Assembly (NCBI GenBank): GCA_032718475.1 | Contig: JAUCBJ010001979.1 | Location: 59,339 to 123,338 of the forward strand | Reading direction: 5' to 3' | Length of the DNA: 64,000 bases | From: Nemertoderma westbladi | Lineage: Eukaryota > Animalia > Xenacoelomorpha | In this document: piece after piece, positions 1 to 16,500 of the stretch | Position numbering within the stretch: position 1 is the stretch's first letter | How the letters are laid out: the number at the start of each line of letters is the position of its first letter | The notes under the pieces: generated by a model | What the model was told of the DNA's origin: nothing | Seen by the model: the letters and a program-made list of their open reading frames with translations, nothing else | Databases searched by the model: none | Translations under genes and position numbers: made by a program

Positions 1-3000
1 CCAAGGACAGCTCTACTACAGACAATGAATAAGCCAAGGACAGCTCTACTACAGACTATGAATAAGCCAAGGACAGCTCTACTACAGACTATGAATAAGC
101 CAAGGACAGCTCTACTACAGACCATGAATAACCCAAGGACAGCTCTACTACAGACCATGAATAAGCCAAGGAAAACTGACAGCTCTACTACAGACTATGA
201 ATAAGCCAACGACAGCTCTACTACAGACCATGAATAAGCCAAGGACAGCTCTACTACAGACCATGAATAAGCCAAGGACAGCTCTACTACAGACCATGAA
301 TAACCCAAGGACAGCTCTACTACAGACCATGAATAAGCCAAGGACAGCTCTACTACAGACCATGAATAACCCAAGGACAGCTCTACTACAGACCATGAAT
401 AAGCCAACGACAGCTCTACTACAGACCATGAATAAGCCAATGAAAGCTGACAGCTCTACTACAGACCATGAATAAGCCAAGGACAGCTCTACTACAGACC
501 ATGAATAAGCCAACGACAGCTCTACTACAGACCATGAATAAGCCAACGACAGCTCTACTACAGACCATGAATAAGCCAATGAAAGCTGACAGCTCTACTA
601 CAGACCATGAATAAGCCAAGGACAGCTCTACTACAGACCATGAATAAGCCAAGGACAGCTCTTTTACAGACCATGAATAAGCCAAGGACAGCTCTACTAC
701 AGACCATGAATAAGCCAAGGACAGCTCTACTACAGACCATGAATAAGCCAAGGACAACTCTACTACAGACCATGAATAAGCGAAGGACAGCTCTACTACA
801 GACCATGAATAAGCCAAGGACAGCTCTACTACAGACCATGAATAAGCCAAGGACAGCTCCACTAGAGACCATGAATAAGCCAAGGACAGCTCTACTACAG
901 ACCATGAATAAGCCAAGGACAGCTCTACTACAGACCATGAATAAGCCAAGGACAGCTCTACTACAGACCATGAATAAGCCAAGGACAGCTCTACTACAGA
1001 CTATGAATAACCCAAGGACAGCTCTACTACAGACCATGAATAAGCCAAGGACAGCTCTACTACAGACCATGAATAAGCCAAGGACAGCTCTACTACAGAC
1101 CATGAATAAGCCAAGGACAGCTCTACTACAGACTATGAATAACCCAAGGACAGCTCTACTACAGACCATGAATAAGCCAAGGACAGCTCTACTACAGACC
1201 ATGAATATGCCAAGGACAGCTCTACTGCAGACCATGAATATGCCAAGGACAGCTCTACTACAGACCATGAATAAGCCAAGGACAGCTCTACTACAGACAA
1301 TGAATAACCCAAGGACAGCTCTACTACAGACCATGAATAAGCCAAGGACAGCTCTACTACAGACCATGAATAAGCCAAGGACAGCTCTACTACAGACCAT
1401 GAATAAGCCAAGGACAGCTCTACTACAGACAATGAATAAGCCAAGGACAGCTCTACTACAGACTATGAATAAGCCAAGGACAGCTCTACTACAGACCATG
1501 AATATGCCAAGGACAGCTCTACTACAGACCATGAATAAGCCAAGGACAGCTCTACTACAGACAATGAATAACCCAAGGACAGCTCTACTACAGACCATGA
1601 ATAAGCCAAGGACAGCTCTACTACAGACCATGAATAATCCAAGGAAAGCTGACAGCTCTACTACAGACCATGAATAAGCCTAGGACAACTCTACTACAGA
1701 CCATGAATAAGCCAAGGACAGCTCTACTACAGACAATGAATAAGCCAAGGACAGCTCTACTACAGACAATGAATAAGCCAAGGACAGCTCTACTACAGTC
1801 CATGAATAAGCCAAGGACAGCTCTACAACAGACCATGAATAACCCAAGGACAGCTCTACTACAGACAATGAATAACCCAAGGACAGCTCTACTACAGACC
1901 ATGAATAAGCCAACGACAGCTCTACTACAGACTATGAATAAGCCAACGACAGCTCTACTACAGACCATGAATAAGCCAAGGACAGCTCTACTACAGACAA
2001 TGAATAAGCCAATGAAAGATCTACTACAGACTATGAATAAGCCAACGACAGCTCTACTACAGACCATGAATAAGCCAAGGACAACTCTACTACAGACCAT
2101 GAATAAGCCTAGGACAGCTCTACTACAGACTATGAATAAGCCAAGCAAAGCTCTACTACAGACCATGAATAAGCCAAGGAAAGCTCTACTACAGACCATG
2201 AATAACCCAAGGACAGCTCTACTACAGACCATGAATAAGCCAAGGACAGCTCTACTACAGACCATGAATAAGCCAAGGACAGCTCTACTACAGACCATGA
2301 ATAAGCCAAGGACAGCTCTACTACAGACCATGAATAAGCCAACGACAGCTCTACTACAGACTATGAAGAAGCCAATGAAAGCTGACAGCTCTACTACATA
2401 CTATGAATAAGCCAAGGACAGCTCTACTACAGACTATGAATAAGCCAATGAAAGATCTACTGCAGACCATTAATAAGCCTAGGACAGCTCTACTACAGAC
2501 CATGAATAAGCCTAGTATAGCTCTACTACAGACCATGAATAAGCCTAGGACAGCTCTACTACAGACCATGAATAAGCCTAGTATAGCTCTACTACAGACC
2601 ATGAATAAGCCTAGTATAGCTCTACTACAGACCATGAATAAGCCTAGGACAGCTCTACTACAGACCATGAATAAGCCTAGTATAGCTCTACTACAGACCA
2701 TGAATAAGCCAAGGACAGCTCTACTACAGACCATGAATAAGCCAAGGACAGCTCTACTACAGACTATGAATAAGCCAAGAAAGCTGACAGCTCTACTACA
2801 GACCATGAATAAGCCAAGGACAGCTCTACTACAGACCATGAATAAGCCAAGGACAGCTCTACTACAGACCATGAATAAGCCTAGGACAGCTCTACTACAG
2901 ACCATGAATAAGCCAAGGACAGCTCTACTACAGACCATGAATAAGCCAAGAAAGATGACAGCTCTACTACAGACTATGAATAAGCCAACGACAGCTCTAC

Positions 3001-6000
3001 TACAGACCATGAATAAGCCAAGGACAGCTCTACTACAGACCATGAATAAGCCAAGGACAGCTCTACTACAGACCATGAATAAGCCAATGAAAGCTGACAG
3101 CTCTACTACAGACCATGAATAAGCCAACGACAGCTCTACTACAGACCATGAATAAGCCAATGAAAGCTGACAGCTCTACTACAGACCATGAATAAGCCAA
3201 GGACAGCTCTACTACAGACCATGAATAAGCCAAGGACAGCTCTACTACAGACCATGAATAAGCCAAGGACAGCTCTACTACAGACCATGAATAAGCCAAC
3301 GACAGCTCTACTACAGACCATGAATAAGCCAAGGACAGCTCTACTACAGACCATGAATAAGCCAAGGAAAGATGACAGCTCTACTACAGACTATGAATAA
3401 GCCAACGACAGCTCTACTACAGACCATGAATAAGCCAAGGACAGCTCTACTACAGACCATGAATAAGCCAAGGACAGCTCTACTACAGACCATGAATAAG
3501 CCAAGGACAGCTCTACTACAGACCATGAATAAGCCAAGGACAGCTCTACTACAGACCATGAATAAGCCAAGGACAGCTCTACTACAGACCATGAATAAGC
3601 CAAGGACAGCTCTACTACAGACCATGAATAAGCCAACGACAGCTCTACTACAGACCATGAATAAGCCAATGAAAGATCTACTGCAGACCATGAATAAGCC
3701 AAGGACAGCCCTACTACAGACCATGAATAAGCCAAGGACAGCTCTACTACAGACCATGAATAAGCCAAGGAAAGATGACAGCTCTACTACAGTCTATGAA
3801 TAAGCCAACGACAGCTCTACTACAGACCATGAATAAGCCAAGGACAGCTCTACTACAGACCATGAATAAGCCAATGAAAGCTGACAGCTCTACTACAGAC
3901 TATGAATAAGCCAACGACAGCTCTACTACAGACCATGAATAAGCCAATGAAAGCTGACAGCTCTACTACAGACCATGAATAAGCCAAGGACAGCTCTACT
4001 ACAGACCATGAATAAGCCAAGGACAGCTCTTTTACAGACCATGAATAAGCCAAGGACAGCTCTACTACAGACCATGAATAAGCCAAGGACAGCTCTACTA
4101 CAGACCATGAATAAGCCAAGGACAGCTCTACTACAGACCATGAATAAGCCAAGGACAGCTCTACTACAGACCATGAATAAGCCAAGGACAGCTCTACTAC
4201 AGACCATGAATAAGCCAAGGACAGCTCTACTACAGACCATGAATAAGCCAAGGACAGCTCTACTAGAGACCATGAATAAGCCAAGGACAGCTCTACTACA
4301 GACCATGAATAAGCCAAGGACAGCTCTACTACAGACCATGAATAAGCCAAGGACAGCTCTACTACAGACCATGAATAAGCCAAGGACAGCTCTACTACAG
4401 ACTATGAATAACCCAAGGACAGCTCTACTACAGACCATGAATAAGCCAAGGACAGCTCTACTACAGACCATGAATAAGCCAAGGACAGCTCTACTACAGA
4501 CAATGAATAAGCCAAGGACAGCTCTACTACAGACTATGAATAAGCCAAGGACAGCTCTACTACAGACTATGAATAAGCCAAGGACAGCTCTACTACAGAC
4601 CATGAATAACCCAAGGACAGCTCTACTACAGACCATGAATAAGCCAAGGAAAACTGATAGCTCTACTACAGACTATGAATAAGCCAACGACAGCTCTACT
4701 ACAGACCATGAATAAGCCAAGGACAGCTCTACTACAGACCATGAATAAGCCAAGGACAGCTCTACTACAGACCATGAATAACCCAAGGACAGCTCTACTA
4801 CAGACCATGAATAAGCCAAGGACAGCTCTACTACAGACCATGAATAACCCAAGGACAGCTCTACTACAGACCATGAATAAGCCAACGACAGCTCTACTAC
4901 AGACCATGAATAAGCCAATGAAAGCTGACAGCTCTACTACAGACCATGAATAAGCCAAGGACAGCTCTACTACAGACCATGAATAATAAGCCAACGACAG
5001 CTCTACTACAGACCATGAATAAGCCAACGACAGCTCTACTACAGACCATGAATAAGCCAATGAAAGCTGACAGCTCTACTACAGACCATGAATAAGCCAA
5101 GGACAGCTCTACTACAGACCATGAATAAGCCAAGGACAGCTCTTTTACAGACCATGAATAAGCCAAGGACAGCTCTACTACAGACCATGAATAAGCCAAG
5201 GACAGCTCTACTACAGACCATGAATAAGCCAAGGACAACTCTACTACAGACCATGAATAAGCGAAGGACAGCTCTACTACAGACCATGAATAAGCCAAGG
5301 ACAGCTCTACTACAGACCATGAATAAGCCAAGGACAGCTCCACTAGAGACCATGAATAAGCCAAGGACAGCTCTACTACAGACCATGAATAAGCCAAGGA
5401 CAGCTCTACTACAGACCATGAATAAGCCAAGGACAGCTCTACTACAGACCATGAATAAGCCAAGGACAGCTCTACTACAGACTATGAATAACCAAAGGAC
5501 AGCTCTACTACAGACCATGAATAAGCCAAGGACAGCTCTACTACAGACCATGAATAAGCCAAGGACAGCTCTACTACAGACCATGAATAAGCCAAGGACA
5601 GCTCTACTACAGACTATGAATAACCCAAGGACAGCTCTACTACAGACCATGAATAAGCCAAGGACAGCTCTACTACCTACCATGAATATGCCAAGGACAG
5701 CTCTACTACAGACCATGAATATGCCAAGGACAGCTCTACTACAGACCATGAATAAGCCAAGGACAGCTCTACTACAGACAATGAATAACCCAAGGACAGC
5801 TCTACTACAGACCATGAATAAGCCAAGGACAGCTCTACTACAGACCATGAATAAGCCAAGGACAGCTCTACTACAGACCATGAATAAGCCAAGGACAGCT
5901 CTACTACAGACAATGAATAAGCCAAGGACAGCTCTACTACAGACTATGAATAAGCCAAGGACAGCTCTACTACAGACCATGAATATGCCAAGGACAGCTC

Positions 6001-9000
6001 TACTACAGACCATGAATAAGCCAAGGACAGCTCTACTACAGACAATGAATAACCCAAGGACAGCTCTACTACAGACCATGAATAAGCCAAGGACAGCTCT
6101 ACTACAGACCATGAATAACCCAAGGACAGCTCTACTACAGACCATGAATAAGCCAAGGACAGCTCTACTACAGACCATGAATATGCCAAGGACAGCTCTA
6201 CTACAGACCATGAATATGCCAAGGACAGCTCTACTACAGACCATGAATAAGCCAAGGACAGCTCTACTACAGACAATGAATAACCCAAGGACAGCTCTAC
6301 TACAGACCATGAATAAGCCAAGGACAGCTCTACTACAGACCATGAATAAGCCAAGGACAGCTCTACTACAGACCATGAATAACCCAAGGACAGCTCTACT
6401 ACAGACCATGAATAAGCCAAGGAAAGCTGACAGCTCTACTACAGACCATGAATAACCCAAGGACAGCTCTACTATAGACTATGAATAAGCCAAGGACAGC
6501 TCTACTACAGACCATGAATAACCCAAGGACAGCTCTACTACAGACCATGAATAAGCCAAGGACAGCTCTACTACAGACCATGAATAAGCCAAGGACAGCT
6601 CTACTACAGACCATGAATAACCCAAGGACAGCTCTACTACAGACCATGAATAAGCCAAGGAAAGCTGACAGCTCTACTACAGACCATGAATAAGCCAAGG
6701 ACAGCTCTACTACAGACCATGAATAAGCCAAGGACAGCTCTACTACAGACCATGAATAACCCAAGGACAGCTCTACTACAGACCATGAATAAGCCAAGGA
6801 AAGCTGACAGCTCTACTACAGACCATGAATAACCCAAGGACAGCTCTACTACAGACCATGAATAAGCCAAGGAAAACTGACAGCTCTACTACAGACTATG
6901 AATAAGCCAACGACAGCTCTACTACAGACCATGAATAAGCCAAGGACAGCTCTACTACAGACCATGAATAAGCCAAGGACAGCTCTACTACAGACCATGA
7001 ATAACCCAAGGACAGCTCTACTACAGACCATGAATAAGCCAAGGACAGCTCTACTACAGACCATGAATAAGCCAAGGACAGCTCTACTACAGACCATGAA
7101 TAACCCAAGGACAGCTCTACTACAGACCATGAATAAGCCAAGGAAAGCTGACAGCTCTACTACAGACCATGAATAACCCAAGGACAGCTCTACTACAGAC
7201 CATGAATAAGCCAAGGAAAACTGACAGCTCTACTACAGACTATGAATAAGCCAACGACAGCTCTACTACAGACCATGAATAAGCCAAGGACAGCTCTACT
7301 ACAGACCATGAATAAGCCAAGGACAGCTCTACTACAGACCATGAATAACCCAAGGACAGCTCTACTACAGACCATGAATAAGCCAAGGACAGCTCTACTA
7401 CAGACCATGAATAAGCCAAGGACAGCTCTACTACAGACCATGAATAACCCAAGGACAGCTCTACTACAGACCATGAATAAGCCAAGGAAAGCTGACAGCT
7501 CTACTACAGACCATGAATAACCCAAGGACAGCTCTACTACAGACCATGAATAAGCCAAGGAAAACTGACAGCTCTACTACAGACTATGAATAAGTCAACG
7601 ACAGCTCTACTACAGACCATGAATAAGCCAAGGACAGCTCTACTACAGACCATGAATAAGCCAAGGACAGCTCTACTACAGACCATGAATAACCCAAGGA
7701 CAGCTCTACTACAGACCATGAATAAGCCAAGGAAAGCTGACAGCTCTACTACAGACCATGAATAAGCCAAGGACAGCTCTACTACAGACCATGAATAAGC
7801 CAAGGACAGCTCTACTACAGACCATGAATAACCCAAGGACAGCTATACTACAGACCATGAATAAGCCAAGGAAAGCTGACAGCTCTACTACAGACCATGA
7901 ATAACCCAAGGACAGCTCTACTACAGACCATGAATAAGCCAAGGAAAACTGACAGCTCTACTACAGACTATGAATAAGCCAACGACAGCTCTACTACAGA
8001 CCATGAATAAGCCAAGGACAGCTCTACTACAGACCATGAATAAGCCAAGGACAGCTCTACTACAGACCATGAATAACCCAAGGACAGCTCTACTACAGAC
8101 CATGAATAAGCCAAGGACAGCTCTACTACAGACCATGAATAACCCAAGGACAGCTCTACTACAGACCATGAATAAGCCAACGACAGCTCTACTACAGACC
8201 ATGAATAAGCCAAGGACAGCTCTACTACAGACCATGAATAAGCCAAGGACAGCTCTACTACAGACTATGAATAAGCCAAGGACAGCTCTACTACAGACAA
8301 TGAATAAGCCAAGGACAGTTCTACTACAGACCATGAATAAGCCAAGGACAGCTCTACTACAGACCATGAATAAGCCAATGAAAGCTGACAGCCCTACTAC
8401 AGACCATGAATAAGCCAAGGACAGCTCTACTACAGACCATGAATAAGCCAAGGACAGCTCTACTACAGACCATGAATAAGCCAATGAAAGCTGACAGCCC
8501 TACTACAGACCATGAATAAGCCAAGGACAGCTCTACTACAGACCATGAATAAGCCAAGGACAGCTCTACTACAGACCATGAATAAGCCAATGAAAGCTGA
8601 CAGCCCTACTACAGACCATGAATAAGCCAAGGACAGCTTTACTACAGACCATGAATAAGCCAAGGACAGCTCTACTACAGACCATGAATAAGCCAATGAA
8701 AGCTGACAGCCCTACTACAGACCATGAATAAGCCAAGGACAGCTCTACTACAGACCATGAATAAGCCAAGGACAGCTCTACTACAGACCATGAATAAGCC
8801 AAGGACAGCTCTACTACAGACCATGAATAAGCCAATGAAAGCTGACAGCCCTACTACAGACCATGAATAAGCCAAGGACAGCTCTACTACAGACCATGAA
8901 TAAGCCAAGGACAGCTCTACTACAGACCATGAATAAGCCAAGGACAGCTCTACTACAGACCATGAATAAGCCAATGAAAGCTGACAGCCCTACTACAGAC

Positions 9001-9996
9001 CATGAATAAGCCAAGGACAGCTCTACTACAGACCATGAATAAGCCAAGGACAGCTCTACTACAGACCATGAATAAGCCAAGGACAGCTCTACTACAGACA
9101 ATGAATAAGCCAAGGACAGCTCTACTACAGACCATGAATAAGCCAAGGACAACTCTACTACAGACCATGAATAAGCCAATGAAAGCTGACAGCTCTACTA
9201 CAGACTATGAATAAGCCAAGGACAGCTTTACTACAGACCATGAATAAGCCAAGGACAGCTCTACTACAGACCATGAATAACCCAAGGACAGCTTTACTAC
9301 AGACCATGAATAAGCCAAGGACAGCTCTACTACAGACCATGAATAAGCCAAGGACAGCTTTACTACAGACTATGAATAAGCCAAGGACAGCTTTACTACA
9401 GACCATGAATAAGCCAAGGACAGCTCTACTACAGACAATGAATAAGCCAAGGACAGCTCTACTACAGACCATGAATAAGCCAAGGACAACTCTACTACAG
9501 ACCATGAATAAGCCAAGGACAGCTCTACTACAGACCATGAATAAGCCAATGAAAGCTGACAGCTCTACTACAGACTATGAATAAGCCAAGGACAGCTTTA
9601 CTACAGACCATGAATAAGCCAAGGACAGCTCTACTACAGACCATGAATAAGCTAAGGACAGCTCTACTACAGACTATGAATAAGCCAAGGACAGCTCTAC
9701 TACAGACAATGAATAAGCCAAGGACAGCTCTACTACAGACTATGAATAAGCCAACGACAGCTTTACTACAGACCATGAATAAGCCAAGGACAGCTCTACT
9801 ACAGACCATGAATAAGCTAAGGACAGCTCTACTACAGACTATGAATAAGCCAAGGACAGCTCTACTACAGACCATGAATAAGCCAAGGACAGCTCTACTA
9901 CAGACCATGAATAAGCCAAGGACGGCTCTACTACATACTATGAATAAGACAACGACAGCTCTACTACAGACCATGAATAAGCCAAGGACAGCTCTA

Positions 9997-12900
9997 CTAC
10001 AGACCATGAATAAGCCAAGGAAAGCTGACAGCTCTACTACAGACTATGAATAAGCAAACGACAGCTCTACTACAGACCATGAATAAGCCAAGGACAGCTC
10101 TACTACAGACCATGAATAAGCCAATGAAAGCTGACAGCTCTACTACAGACCATGAATAAGCCAAGGACAGCTCTACTACAGACAATGAATAAGCCAAGGA
10201 CAGCTCTACTACAGACCATGAATAAGCCAACGACAGCTCTACTACAGACCATGAATAAGCCAACGACAGCTCTACTACAGACCATGAATAAGCCAAGGAC
10301 AGCTCTTTTACAGACCATGAATAAGCCAACGACAGCTCTACTACAGACCATGAATAAGCCAAGGACAGCTCTTTTACAGACCATGAATAAGCCAAGGACA
10401 GCTCTACTACAGACCATGAATAAGCCAAGGACAGCTCTACTACAGACCATGAATAAGCCAAGGACAACTCTACTACAGACCATGAATAAGCCAACGACAG
10501 CTCTACTACAGACCATGAATAAGCCAACGACAGCTCTACTACAGACCATGAATAAGCCAAGGACAGCTCTACTACAGACCATGAATAAGCTAAGGACAGC
10601 TCTACTACAGACTATGAATAAGCCAAGGACAGCTTTACTACAGACCATGAATAAGCCAAGGACAGCTCTACTACAGACCATGAATAAGCCTAGGACAGCT
10701 CTACTACAGACCATGAATAAGCCAAGGACAGCTCTACTACAGACCATGAATAAGCCAATGAAAGCTGACAGATCTACTACAGACTATGAATAAGCCAAGG
10801 ACAGCTCTACTACAGACCATGAATAAGCCAAGGACAGCTCTACTACAGACTATGAATAAGCCAACGACAGCTCTACTACAGACCATGAATAAGCCAAGGA
10901 CAGCTCTACTACAGACCATGAATAAGCCAAGGACAGCTCTACTACAGACTATGAATAAGCCAACGACAGCTCTACTACAGACCATGAATAAGCCAAGGAC
11001 AGCTCTACTACAGACCATGAATAAGCCAAGGACAGCTCTACTACAGACCATGAATAACCCAAGGACGGCTCTACTACAGACCATGAATAAGCCAAGGACA
11101 GCTCTACTACAGACTATGAATAAGCCAACGACAGCTCTACTACAGACCATGAATAAGCCAAGGACCGCTCTACTACAGACCATGAATAAGCCAAGGACAG
11201 CTCTACTACAGACCATGAATAACCCAAGGACAACTCTACTACAGACTATGAATAAGCCAACGACAGCTCTACTACAGACCATGAATAAGCCAAGGACAGC
11301 TCTACTACAGACCATGAATAAGCCAATGAAAGCTGACAGCTCTACTACAGACTATGAATAAGCCAACGACAGCTCTACTACAGACCATGAATAAGCCAAG
11401 GACAGCTCTACTACAGACCATGAATAAGCCAAGGACAGCTCTACTACAGACTATGAATAAGCCAACGACAGCTCTACTACAGACCATGAATAACCCAATG
11501 ACAGCTCTACTACAGACTATGAATAAGCCAACGACAGCTCTACTACAGACCATGAATAAGCCAAGGACAGCTCTACTACAGACTATGAATAAGCCAACGA
11601 CAGCTCTACTACAGACCATGAATAACCCAACGACAGCTCTACTACAGACTATGAATAAGCCAACGACAGCTCTACTACAGACCATGAATAACCCAACGAC
11701 AGCTCTACTACAGACTATGAATAAGCCAACGACAGCTCTACTACAGACCATGAATAAGCCAAGGACAGCTCTACTACAGACCATGAATAAGCCAAGGAAA
11801 GCTGACAGCTCTACTACAGACTATGAATAAGCCAACGACAGCTCTACTACAGACCATGAATAAGCCAAGGACAGCTCTACTACAGACCATGAATAAGCCA
11901 ATGAAAGCTGACAGCTCTACTACAGACCATGAATAAGCCAAGGACAGCTCTACTACAGACAATGAATAAGCCAAGGACAGCTCTACTACAGACCATGAAT
12001 AAGCCAACGACAGCTCTACTACAGACCATGAATAAGCCAACGACAGCTCTACTACAGACCATGAATAAGCCAAGGACAGCTCTTTTACAGACCATGAATA
12101 AGCCAACGACAGCTCTACTACAGACCATGAATAAGCCAAGGACAGCTCTTTTACAGACCATGAATAAGCCAAGGACAGCTCTACTACAGACCATGAATAA
12201 GCCAAGGACAGCTCTACTACAGACCATGAATAAGCCAAGGACAACTCTACTACAGACCATGAATAAGCCAACGACAGCTCTACTACAGACCATGAATAAG
12301 CCAACGACAGCTCTACTACAGACCATGAATAAGCCAAGGACAGCTCTACTACAGACCATGAATAAGCTAAGGACAGCTCTACTACAGACTATGAATAAGC
12401 CAAGGACAGCTTTACTACAGACCATGAATAAGCCAAGGACAGCTCTACTACAGACCATGAATAAGCCTAGGACAGCTCTACTACAGACCATGAATAAGCC
12501 AAGGACAGCTCTACTACAGACCATGAATAAGCCAATGAAAGCTGACAGATCTACTACAGACTATGAATAAGCCAAGGACAGCTCTACTACAGACCATGAA
12601 TAAGCCAAGGACAGCTCTACTACAGACTATGAATAAGCCAACGACAGCTCTACTACAGACCATGAATAAGCCAAGGACAGCTCTACTACAGACCATGAAT
12701 AAGCCAAGGACAGCTCTACTACAGACTATGAATAAGCCAACGACAGCTCTACTACAGACCATGAATAAGCCAAGGACAGCTCTACTACAGACCATGAATA
12801 AGCCAAGGACAGCTCTACTACAGACCATGAATAACCCAAGGACGGCTCTACTACAGACCATGAATAAGCCAAGGACAGCTCTACTACAGACTATGAATAA

Positions 12901-13550
12901 GCCAACGACAGCTCTACTACAGACCATGAATAAGCCAAGGACCGCTCTACTACAGACCATGAATAAGCCAAGGACAGCTCTACTACAGACCATGAATAAC
13001 CCAAGGACAACTCTACTACAGACTATGAATAAGCCAACGACAGCTCTACTACAGACCATGAATAAGCCAAGGACAGCTCTACTACAGACCATGAATAAGC
13101 CAATGAAAGCTGACAGCTCTACTACAGACTATGAATAAGCCAACGACAGCTCTACTACAGACCATGAATAAGCCAAGGACAGCTCTACTACAGACCATGA
13201 ATAAGCCAAGGACAGCTCTACTACAGACTATGAATAAGCCAACGACAGCTCTACTACAGACCATGAATAACCCAATGACAGCTCTACTACAGACTATGAA
13301 TAAGCCAACGACAGCTCTACTACAGACCATGAATAAGCCAAGGACAGCTCTACTACAGACTATGAATAAGCCAACGACAGCTCTACTACAGACCATGAAT
13401 AACCCAACGACAGCTCTACTACAGACTATGAATAAGCCAACGACAGCTCTACTACAGACCATGAATAACCCAACGACAGCTCTACTACAGACTATGAATA
13501 AGCCAACGACAGCTCTACTACAGACCATGAATAAGCCAAGGACAGCTCTA
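9997..13550 (+). repeat. 1777-bp near-perfect tandem duplication within the satellite
   Basis: Matching ORF-track entries are offset by 1777 (9997/11774, 10152/11929, 10786/12563, 11354/13131). Rare variants GACAGATCT, GACGGCT and GACCGCT recur at the same offset. Confidence 0.93.
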
Positions 13551-16500
13551 CTACAGACCATGAATAAGCCAATGAAAGCTGACAGCTCTACTACAGACTA
13601 TGAATAAGCCAACGACAGCTCTACTACAGACCATGAATAAGCCAAGGACAGCTCTACTACAGACCATGAATAAGCCAAGGACAGCTCTACTACAGACTAT
13701 GAATAAGCCAACGACAGCTCTACTACAGACCATGAATAACCCAACGACAGCTCTACTACAGACTATGAATAAGCCAACGACAGCTCTACTACAGACCATG
13801 AATAAGCCAAGGACAGCTCTACTACAGACCATGAATAAGCCAATGAAAGCTGACAGCTCTACTACAGACTATGAATAAGCCAACGACAGCTCTACTACAG
13901 ACCATGAATAAGCCAAGGACAGCTCTACTACAGACCATGAATAAGCCAAGGACAGCTCTACTACAGACCATGAATAACCCAAGGACAACTCTACTACAGA
14001 CCATGAATAAGCCTAGGACAGCTCTACTACAGACCATGAATAAGCCAAGGACAGCTCTACTACAGACAATGAATAAGCCAATGAAAGATCTACTACAGAC
14101 CATGAATAAGCCAAGGAAAGATCTACTACATACTATGAATAACCCAAGGACAGCTCTACTACAGACCATGAATAAGCCAAGGACAGCTCTACTACAGACA
14201 ATGAATAAGCCAATGAAAGATCTACTACAGACCATGAATAAGCCAAGGACAGCTCTACTACAGACCATGAATAACCCAAGGACAGCTCTACTACAGACTA
14301 TGAATAAGCCAAGGAAAGATCTACTACAGACCATGAATAACCCAAGGACAGCTCTACTACAGACAATGAATAAGCCAAGGACAGCTCTACTACAGACCAT
14401 GAATAACCCAAGGACAACTCTACTACAGACCATGAATAAGCCTAGGACAGCTCTACTACAGACCATGAATAAGCCAAGGAAAGATCTACTACAGACCATG
14501 AATAACCCAAGGACAGCTCTACTACAGACCATGAATAACCCAAGGACAGCTCTACTACAGACTATGAATAAGCCAAGGACAACTCTACTACAGACCATGA
14601 ATAAGCCAAGGACAGCTCTACTACAGACCATGAATAACCCAAGGAAAGCTCTACTACAGACCATGAATAAGCCAAGGACAGCTCTACTGCAGACCATGAA
14701 TAAGCCAAGGACAGCTCTACTACAGACCATGAATAAGCCAAGGAAAGATCTACTACAGACCATGAATAACCCAAGGACAGCTCTACTACAGACCATGAAT
14801 AAGCCAAGGAAAGATATACTACAGACCATGAATAACCCAAGGACAGCTCTACTACAGACCATGAATAAGCCAAGGAAAGATCTACTACAGACCATGAATA
14901 ACCCAAGGACAGCTCTACTACAGACCATGAATAAGCCAAGGAAAGATCTACTACAGACCATGAATAACCCAAGGACAACTCTACTACAGACCATGAATAA
15001 GCCAAGGAAAGATCTACTACAGACCATGAATAACCCAAGGACAGCTCTACTACAGACTATGAATAAGCCAAGGACAGCTGACAGATCTACTACAGACCAT
15101 GAATAAGCCAAGGACAGCTCTACTACAGACCATGAATAACCCAAGGACCGCTCTACTACAGACCATGAATAAGCCAAGGAAAGATCTACTACAGACCATG
15201 AATAACCCAAGGACAGCTCTACTACAGACCATGAATAAGCCAAGGAAAGATCTACTACAGACCATGAATAACCCAAGGACAGCTCTACTACAGACTATGA
15301 ATAAGCCAAGGACAGCTCTACTACGTACCATGAATAAGCCAAGGAAAGCTGACAGCTCTACTACAGACCATGAATAAGCCAAGGAAAGATCTACTACAGA
15401 CCATGAATAACCCAAGGACAGCTCTACTACAGACCATGAATAAGCCAAGGAAAGATCTACTACAGACCATGAATAACCCAAGGACAGCTCTACTACAGAC
15501 CATGAATAAGCCAAGGACAGCTCTACTACAGACAATGAATGAGCCAAGGACAGCTCTACTACAGACTATGAATAAGCCAAGGACAGCTCTACTACAGACA
15601 ATGAATAAGCCAAGGACAGCTCTACTACATACTATGAATAAGCCAACGACAGCTCTACTACAGACCATGAATAAGCCAAGGACAGCTCTACTACAGACCA
15701 TGAATAAGCCAAGGACAGCTCTACTACAGACCATGAATAACCCAAGGACAACTCTACTACAGACCATGAATAAGCCTAGGACAGCTCTACTACATACTAT
15801 GAATAACCCACGGACAGCTCTACTACAGACCATGAATAACCCAAGGACAGCTCTACTACATACTATGAATAAGCCAAGGAAAGCTGACAGCTCTACTACA
15901 GACTATGAATAAGCCAACGACAGCTCTACTACAGACCATGAATAAGCCAAGGACAGCTCTACTACAGACCATGAATAAGCCAATGAAAGCTGACAGCTCT
16001 ACTACAGACTATGAATAAGCCAACGACAGCTCTACTACAGACCATGAATAAGCCAAGGACAGCTCTACTACATACTATGAATAAGCCAAGGACAGCTCTA
16101 CTACAGACTATGAATAAGCCAACGACAGCTCTACTACAGACCATGAATAAGCCAAGGACAGCTCTACTACAGACCAATAAGCCAAGGACAGCTCTTCTAC
16201 AGACCATGAATAAGCCAAGGACAACTCTACTACAGACCATGAATAAGCCAATGAAAGATCTACTGCAGACCATGAATAAGCCAAGGACAGCCCTACTACA
16301 GACCATGAATAACCCAAGGACAGCTCTACTACAGACCATGAATAAGCCAAGGAAAGCTGACAGCTCTACTACAGACTATGAATAAGCCAACGACAGCTCT
16401 ACTACAGACCATGAATAAGCCAAGGACAGCTCTACTACAGACCATGAATAAGCCAAGGACAGCTGACAGCTCTACTACAGACTATGAATAAGCCAACGAC

